This document shows positions 58,397 through 64,000 of a stretch of DNA of 64,000 bases, piece after piece. The DNA comes from Flavobacteriales bacterium. GTDB lineage: Bacteria; Bacteroidota; Bacteroidia; Palsa-965. A program made the translations under genes and the position numbers. Positions within the stretch are counted from its first letter, which is position 1; every line of letters begins with the position of its first letter. The stretch is taken from positions 49,561-113,560 of the forward strand of contig JBEIPA010000017.1 in NCBI GenBank assembly GCA_040377305.1, given 5' to 3'. The notes under the pieces are model-generated. The model was not told the DNA's origin, did no database searches, and worked only from the letters and a program-made list of their open reading frames with translations.

Positions 58397-59521
58397 ATGC
58401 CGCATAAAATTGGATTTCTCATGCCCCGCTCCGGCGAATTTCCGTCGATGAGTTTTGATTTGAACGATGGCTTTCGTCTTGGTCTGGCGCAAGCTGGTAT
58501 AACTGACGTAGAAATTATCACAGACAGTATCGGATTTGGAGAAGACACTCAGTTAAACCATTCCAGGGCCGAGAAGCTGGTCATGAACGACAACGTTGAT
58601 CTTATTGTGGCGTATGCAACATCGCTCAATGCGGAAGCCTTGTACGATTTTGCAAAGACAGCAGGCAAACCAATCCTGTTTCTGGATGCTGGAATGGAAT
58701 TGTTCGAATTGCCTCCTTCGCCTAATTGCTATCACATCACACTTCAGGGCATGCATGCAAGCCGCTTAACAGGAAGAGATGCAGGATCGGGCGGAAGAAA
58801 TATTATTAGTGCCACGAGTTTCTATGATGGAGGGTATCGCGCACCGTGGGCAATCGCTCAGGGAATTGAAGAAGGTAAAGGTAGAACTTGCGGAAATTAC
58901 GTTAGTGTTTTCAAACCGGAAGAGTTTTCCGTAGATCAATTGATTCACGTGATTGAAAACACCGAAGCACAAGGCATCACGGTCTGTTTCAGCATGTACC
59001 TCGTTGAATTATTCATGAAGGGACTGAAAGAAAAAAATCCTGTCTCTACTTCCTTGCCGTTTTACTGTTCCCCTTTTACTGCTGAAGAACAGTGGCTGGA
59101 GAAATGCGATTTCCCCGGAGGAACATTCCACGCTATCGTTCCGTGGTCAATCCTGCTGGAGAATCCTGCTCAACAGGCAATGAAAGATTCTCTTTTGAAG
59201 AACAAAAACAAAACGGCCAACCTGTTCAGTCTACTCGGATGGGAAGCTGCGCAGGTAGTTGATCAGATCATCAAGGGTGGGACATCCTCTCTGGACAACT
59301 GGTCGTTCGAAAGTCCAAGAGGTGTTGTATGTTTCCATCCCGATTCGCACTGTACATATGCCCCGCTGTATAATGCTTTTATAGAAGGCAATGAAAACGG
59401 CAAATGCAAACTTCGTATAACGAACCCGATCAATATCAATCCGGAAGAACACCTTACCGTTTTCAGGTCACGCCCGGAAGGAGACTATACCCGCTGGCGC
59501 AATAATTATTTCTGCATCTAA
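58397..59521 (+). CDS. Type 1 periplasmic-binding-fold (LivJ-like) protein without a signal peptide
   Basis: KIGFLMPRSG at the very N-terminus, AEKLV..D.VDLIV, GWEAA, FESPRG...F. Confidence 0.75.
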   Translation: MPHKIGFLMPRSGEFPSMSFDLNDGFRLGLAQAGITDVEIITDSIGFGEDTQLNHSRAEKLVMNDNVDLIVAYATSLNAEALYDFAKTAGKPILFLDAGMELFELPPSPNCYHITLQGMHASRLTGRDAGSGGRNIISATSFYDGGYRAPWAIAQGIEEGKGRTCGNYVSVFKPEEFSVDQLIHVIENTEAQGITVCFSMYLVELFMKGLKEKNPVSTSLPFYCSPFTAEEQWLEKCDFPGGTFHAIVPWSILLENPAQQAMKDSLLKNKNKTANLFSLLGWEAAQVVDQIIKGGTSSLDNWSFESPRGVVCFHPDSHCTYAPLYNAFIEGNENGKCKLRITNPININPEEHLTVFRSRPEGDYTRWRNNYFCI

Positions 59522-59524
59522 GCT

Positions 59525-60451
59525 ATGCGTATCGCTATACTTTGTAACGACCGCATCGGTTTCCCTGCAATCCATCAGTTACTGCCTCATCGTTTAATCG
59601 TAGCAGCAGGAACTTCCGATCGTTTACCGGAAACCACAATGGCTCTTCAGCAATTATGCGGAATGGCTGCAATTCCCTTGCAGGTATTTTCCAAAGCAAA
59701 TTTCGCAACGGAAATACGTTCGTGGCTTCAGCAACACCAACCCGATGTAGTTCTGGTAAAAACTTTTCCATACAAAATTCCGGCTGATGCATTGAACGTA
59801 CCGAAGTTTGGCTTCATTAACTTTCATTATGCACCCTTGCCTGCATTCCGCGGATCAAATCCTCTATTCTGGATGATTCGAAATGGCATTACGGAAGGTG
59901 GTGTAACCCTCCACAAGATGGATGAAACGTTCGACACCGGTGAAATCTTAATCAGGCAGCAGGTAATTCTGCAACCCGATACCAGTTTCGGAATGGCAGT
60001 CAGTCAACTTGCGTTTACCGGTGCCACACTAACGGGTCCGCTGCTACAGGGATTATTGAACAGTTCTCTGACTCCAATGGATCAAGATTCTTCTCTGGCA
60101 AAATGGTATGGCCGTCCTAAGCCTGAAGATCTTTTCATCCGTTGGAATACAATGACGGCAACTGAAATACGTAATCTGGTGAATGCATGTAATCCATGGA
60201 ACAGAGGTGCTGTTGTCCGGTTCCGCGGATGGACTTTCGCGATTACTGATTCTTCTGTTTCTGATAATACAGTTGCTGATGGAACGGCTCCAGGCACCAT
60301 CATTTCTATGGATGAAAATATTGGAGTCATTGTTTCGTGTAAAGGATCGGAAGCAATCCGGATCAATGCAATCTATACGGAAGAGGGTTATTTCTCTGCT
60401 TTTCGACTCAAAACTTTCGGAATTCAGGTTGGCGAAAAACTGGATGCTTGA
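59525..60451 (+). CDS. Formyltransferase (Fmt/ArnA-like paralog)
   Basis: INFHYAPLPAFRGSNP, GVTLH.M...FDTG.I, and a C-terminal I.W..M.A..I.NLV.A.NPW domain. Confidence 0.88.
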   Translation: MRIAILCNDRIGFPAIHQLLPHRLIVAAGTSDRLPETTMALQQLCGMAAIPLQVFSKANFATEIRSWLQQHQPDVVLVKTFPYKIPADALNVPKFGFINFHYAPLPAFRGSNPLFWMIRNGITEGGVTLHKMDETFDTGEILIRQQVILQPDTSFGMAVSQLAFTGATLTGPLLQGLLNSSLTPMDQDSSLAKWYGRPKPEDLFIRWNTMTATEIRNLVNACNPWNRGAVVRFRGWTFAITDSSVSDNTVADGTAPGTIISMDENIGVIVSCKGSEAIRINAIYTEEGYFSAFRLKTFGIQVGEKLDA

Positions 60452-60613
60452 TTTCTGCTTAATTAGCGGCATTTACAAGAATTAACGGCTGCTGATAAAA
60501 CCAGCATCTTTCCCTGATTTATTTAGATATTATTGCTTGAGAACACCTCAGGAAGTGTTATTTTCGGGTCGCTAACACAAAACCAATAACTCCGCTTATC
60601 TCAACTTTTTCCT

Positions 60614-63600
60614 ATGAAAAGAATGTCTGCTTACAACCCAATGAATTGTTTTCGTGCAATTACACTTTTGACATTGTTCCTTTTTTCTGCGGCTTCGTTA
60701 CGCGCACAAACCTGGACATTTGAAGGTGCCGGTGGCTCTGCAAATGCGGAGAACGGTAAAGCAGTATGCGCTGATGCATCAGGAAACGTATACGTCACCG
60801 GGTCCTTCTCGAATACCGTCGATTTTGATTTGGGCGGAGGCACTGCCAACCTCACCTCGAATGGCAATAACGATATTTTCATTGCCAGTTATACAGCGGC
60901 CGGAGCATACAGATGGGCGGTGCGTGCTGGTGGAGCTGCTCTAGATAATGGTTCTCCTGCAGGCGGAATCTGTACAGACGGCACAAACGTTTACGTTACG
61001 GGATCATACAACGGTGCTGCAACAATGTTTGGTGCAACAAGCCTTACGCCAAACGGAGGAGGTGGAACGGATGCTTATGTTGCAAAACTGAATGCTGCCA
61101 ACGGTGCGTGGATATGGGCCGTTAGTCTCGGTGGACCGGGTAACGTAGATAATGGTGTAGCCATGTGCCTCGACCCTTTGGGCAATCCTTATTTATTAGG
61201 AAGCTTCAACGGAACCATGAGTGGTGCTTGTGCGAACGTTTCCGCTGGGGGAACTGATATTTTTGTAACCAAACTCAATCCGGCTACAGGTGCATGTGTA
61301 TGGATGGCCAATGGTGGTTCAACCGGCAATGATGGAACCGCCGGGGGTGGTATCTGTTATGATCCGATAACAACAGAACTTATTGTAGCCAGCAACTTCA
61401 CGACAAGTGCCGGCAATTTTGGCGCATTCTCGGTTCCTTTTGTGGGTGGTATTGAAATGTGTGTTCTGGAATTAAATTCCACGACAGGTGCATGGATGGG
61501 TGCTGTAGGAACCGGATCGGTCACCAACGATGATGCAGTTGCTTGTGCGCTGGATCCGAGTACAGGTAATGTGATGGTGGTTGGAGCCTATACGGGTAAC
61601 ATGACTTTGCCGGGTGGAATCCCGCTTACTGCATCGTTCGCAGGAGCCCAGGATGCATGGATAGGAAGTTATTCAATTGCTTCCAATACATTCTTATGGG
61701 CAAAAACGGCTGCCGGAGTATCAAACGATCGCGCTAACGGAGTAGCGGTAGATGGCGTCGGGTCTGTATTGATGACAGGTCAGTACATCAGTAGCCCAAC
61801 GACATTTGGTGCTTTGGCCTTGACAAACACCAATAGTTCCGGCTTCGACGATATGTTTGTGGTTTGTTATTCTGCAGGAACGGGAATAGAACGTTGGGCT
61901 ACAAAAAATACGAATTCAGGTGTTCAGCCTTCTGCAAATAATGGCAGAGGAATCGCTTATGCAGGTAGTAATAATTTTTGGATCACGGGGCAACACGCCC
62001 AAGGTTGCACATTCGGGGCACTAGGTCCACTGAACTCCAATGGCTTCAACGATTTTTATGTTGCCAAGCTTAATGCACCACCTCCCCTCACCGCTACTCA
62101 ATCACAAGTCAACCTTACTTGTAACGGTGTGTGCACAGGAAGTGCTACAGTTGTTGCGAGTGGTGGACAGGCGCCCTACACGTACAGTTGGTCACCATCA
62201 GGTGGATCAGGTGCTACAGCATCGTCGTTGTGCTCAACAAATTACACGGTAACAATCACAGACGCTGCTGCAACTTCAATCACAAGAACTTTCAATATCA
62301 CACAGCCACCTGCTATTGTTGTCACACCTATCTCGCAGACCAACGTTTCCTGCTTCGGCGGATCAAATGGAGCAGCACAGGTAACGGCTTCAGGAGGCAC
62401 AGGCTCTTTGACCTACAACTGGACACCGGGCAATCCTTCTGGTGATGGAACAGGTAGTGTTACAGGGTTAACCGCCTCGGTTTACACCATCACTGTTACA
62501 GATCAAAACTTCTGCACCGCTACAAGAACTTTCAATATTACTGCACCACCCGCACTGTCTGTCACTCCGAATTCACAAACGAACGTTTCCTGCTTCGGCG
62601 GATCAAATGGCGCTGCATCCATCAATTTACCAACTGGTGGTGCAGGTGGCTATACTTACAATTGGACACCTGGAAATCCAACTGGTGACGGAACAATATC
62701 TGTGACAGGATTAACTGCACAGGTCTACACCGTTACAGTAACTGATGCTAACACGTGTACTAGATCTTTTACATTCAATGTTACAGCACCGCCTGCACTT
62801 TCAGTTACACCAAATACACAAACAAACGTTTCCTGCTTCGGCGGATCAAATGGCGCTGCATCCATCAACACACCAACAGGTGGAGCAGGTGGATACAGCT
62901 ATAACTGGACACCGGGCAATCCTACAGGTGATGGAACAACATCGGTGACAGGATTAAGCGCACAAGGATATACAGTAACTGTAACTGATGCGAACTCTTG
63001 TACTGCATCTTTTGCTTTCAACGTTACTGCACCTCCTGCACTTTCAGTCACGCCGAATTCACAAACAAACGTTTCCTGTTTCGGCGGATCAAATGGCGCT
63101 GCATCCATCAACACACCAACTGGTGGTGCAGGTGGATATAGTTACAACTGGACACCGGGAAATCCAACAGGTGACGGGACAACAAGTGTTACAGGGTTGA
63201 CTGCTCAGGTCTATACTGTGACAGTAACAGATGCAAACTCATGTATTGCAACACAAACGTTCAACCTCACTGCTCCTACTGCACTTGTTGTAACTCCTGC
63301 TTCACAAACAAATGTTTCCTGTTTCGGCGGATCGAATGGAGCTGCATCCATCAACACACCAACTGGTGGTGCAGGTGGATATAGCTACAACTGGACACCG
63401 GGAAATCCAACAGGTGACGGAACTATATCTGTGACAGGATTAACTGCACAGGTGTACACCGTTACTGTAACGGATGCAAACTCATGCGTTGCAAATGCTA
63501 CGTTCAACGTTACTCAACCTACTTCTCCGGTGAGCGGAACAACTGTTGTCACTAACGTTGCTTGCTTCGGTGGATCAACTGGTGCAATTAACTTAACACC

Positions 63601-64000
63601 AACTGGTGGATTCGGTCCATATACTTTCAATTGGTTGCCTTCTGGACCAACTACTGAAGATCGCACTGGTCTTGTGCAGGGAACTTACTCTGTACAAATC
63701 ACAGATGTAAATGGATGCGTTGGAACAGTGACCGCCAGTGTGACTCAACCAACATCACCTGTAAGCGGAACAACTGTTGTAACAAACGTTGCTTGCTTCG
63801 GCGGCAATACTGGCGCAATCAATCTTACACCAACTGGCGGAACAGGTCCGTACACGTTCAACTGGTTGCCAAGCGGACCAACAACAGAAGATCGCACTGG
63901 TCTTGTGCAGGGAACTTACTCTGTACAAATCACAGATGTAAATGGATGCGTTGGAACTGTTACTGCTACAGTTACACAACCAACTTCACCAGTATCAGGA
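60614..64000 (+). CDS. Giant secreted adhesin, 3'-partial: signal peptide, seven-blade SBBP-like beta-propeller, SprB repeats (absent from the ORF track)
   Basis: Hand translation from the ATG at 60614 gives MKRMSAYNPMNCFRAITLLTLFLFSAASLRAQ, seven D..GN.Y.TG-type blades to ~62075, then QTNVSCFGGSNG...TVTDAN.C repeats. The frame is consistent to the window end; no stop was seen in the stretches translated. Confidence 0.9.
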   Translation, partial: MKRMSAYNPMNCFRAITLLTLFLFSAASLRAQTWTFEGAGGSANAENGKAVCADASGNVYVTGSFSNTVDFDLGGGTANLTSNGNNDIFIASYTAAGAYRWAVRAGGAALDNGSPAGGICTDGTNVYVTGSYNGAATMFGATSLTPNGGGGTDAYVAKLNAANGAWIWAVSLGGPGNVDNGVAMCLDPLGNPYLLGSFNGTMSGACANVSAGGTDIFVTKLNPATGACVWMANGGSTGNDGTAGGGICYDPITTELIVASNFTTSAGNFGAFSVPFVGGIEMCVLELNSTTGAWMGAVGTGSVTNDDAVACALDPSTGNVMVVGAYTGNMTLPGGIPLTASFAGAQDAWIGSYSIASNTFLWAKTAAGVSNDRANGVAVDGVGSVLMTGQYISSPTTFGALALTNTNSSGFDDMFVVCYSAGTGIERWATKNTNSGVQPSANNGRGIAYAGSNNFWITGQHAQGCTFGALGPLNSNGFNDFYVAKLNAPPPLTATQSQVNLTCNGVCTGSATVVASGGQAPYTYSWSPSGGSGATASSLCSTNYTVTITDAAATSITRTFNITQPPAIVVTPISQTNVSCFGGSNGAAQVTASGGTGSLTYNWTPGNPSGDGTGSVTGLTASVYTITVTDQNFCTATRTFNITAPPALSVTPNSQTNVSCFGGSNGAASINLPTGGAGGYTYNWTPGNPTGDGTISVTGLTAQVYTVTVTDANTCTRSFTFNVTAPPALSVTPNTQTNVSCFGGSNGAASINTPTGGAGGYSYNWTPGNPTGDGTTSVTGLSAQGYTVTVTDANSCTASFAFNVTAPPALSVTPNSQTNVSCFGGSNGAASINTPTGGAGGYSYNWTPGNPTGDGTTSVTGLTAQVYTVTVTDANSCIATQTFNLTAPTALVVTPASQTNVSCFGGSNGAASINTPTGGAGGYSYNWTPGNPTGDGTISVTGLTAQVYTVTVTDANSCVANATFNVTQPTSPVSGTTVVTNVACFGGSTGAINLTPTGGFGPYTFNWLPSGPTTEDRTGLVQGTYSVQITDVNGCVGTVTASVTQPTSPVSGTTVVTNVACFGGNTGAINLTPTGGTGPYTFNWLPSGPTTEDRTGLVQGTYSVQITDVNGCVGTVTATVTQPTSPVSG
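62335..64000 (+). repeat. Tandem 231-243 bp coding repeats
   Basis: AA(C/T)GTT(T/G)C.TG.TTCGG anchors at 62342, 62582, 62825, 63068, 63311, 63554 and 63785. Confidence 0.85.

Overview
Chromosomal window from a Bacteroidota bacterium, judged from TAnnTTTG -7 promoter boxes, T9SS substrates with type B C-terminal domains, and Gld-like genes. Left to right it holds: a 5'-truncated GAF/HisKA_2 sensor with a degenerate kinase core; two tandem giant SprB-repeat adhesins (1732 and 3794 aa); an AraC-controlled pair; a phaJ/phaE/phaC class III polyhydroxyalkanoate cluster; tRNA-Leu(TAG); housekeeping genes (mazG, apaG, tig-clpP-clpX, folA, thyA, nupG, etfAB, pdhB); a ParE-type toxin-antitoxin pair; and a GldL/GldM-like fusion next to a GldN-repeat protein. 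The best candidate for an uncharacterised system is 54261-64000. There, an Asp/Asn beta-hydroxylase, a sulfotransferase-fold protein and an HExxH protein are transcribed divergently from three phage-tail-collar paralogs, a signal-less solute-binding protein, a formyltransferase and a giant beta-propeller/SprB-repeat adhesin that the ORF track missed. Intergenic DNA is rich in palindromic repeats, including two copies of a ~195 bp three-helix element with compensatory changes. All family calls come from motif recognition by eye; no searches were run.
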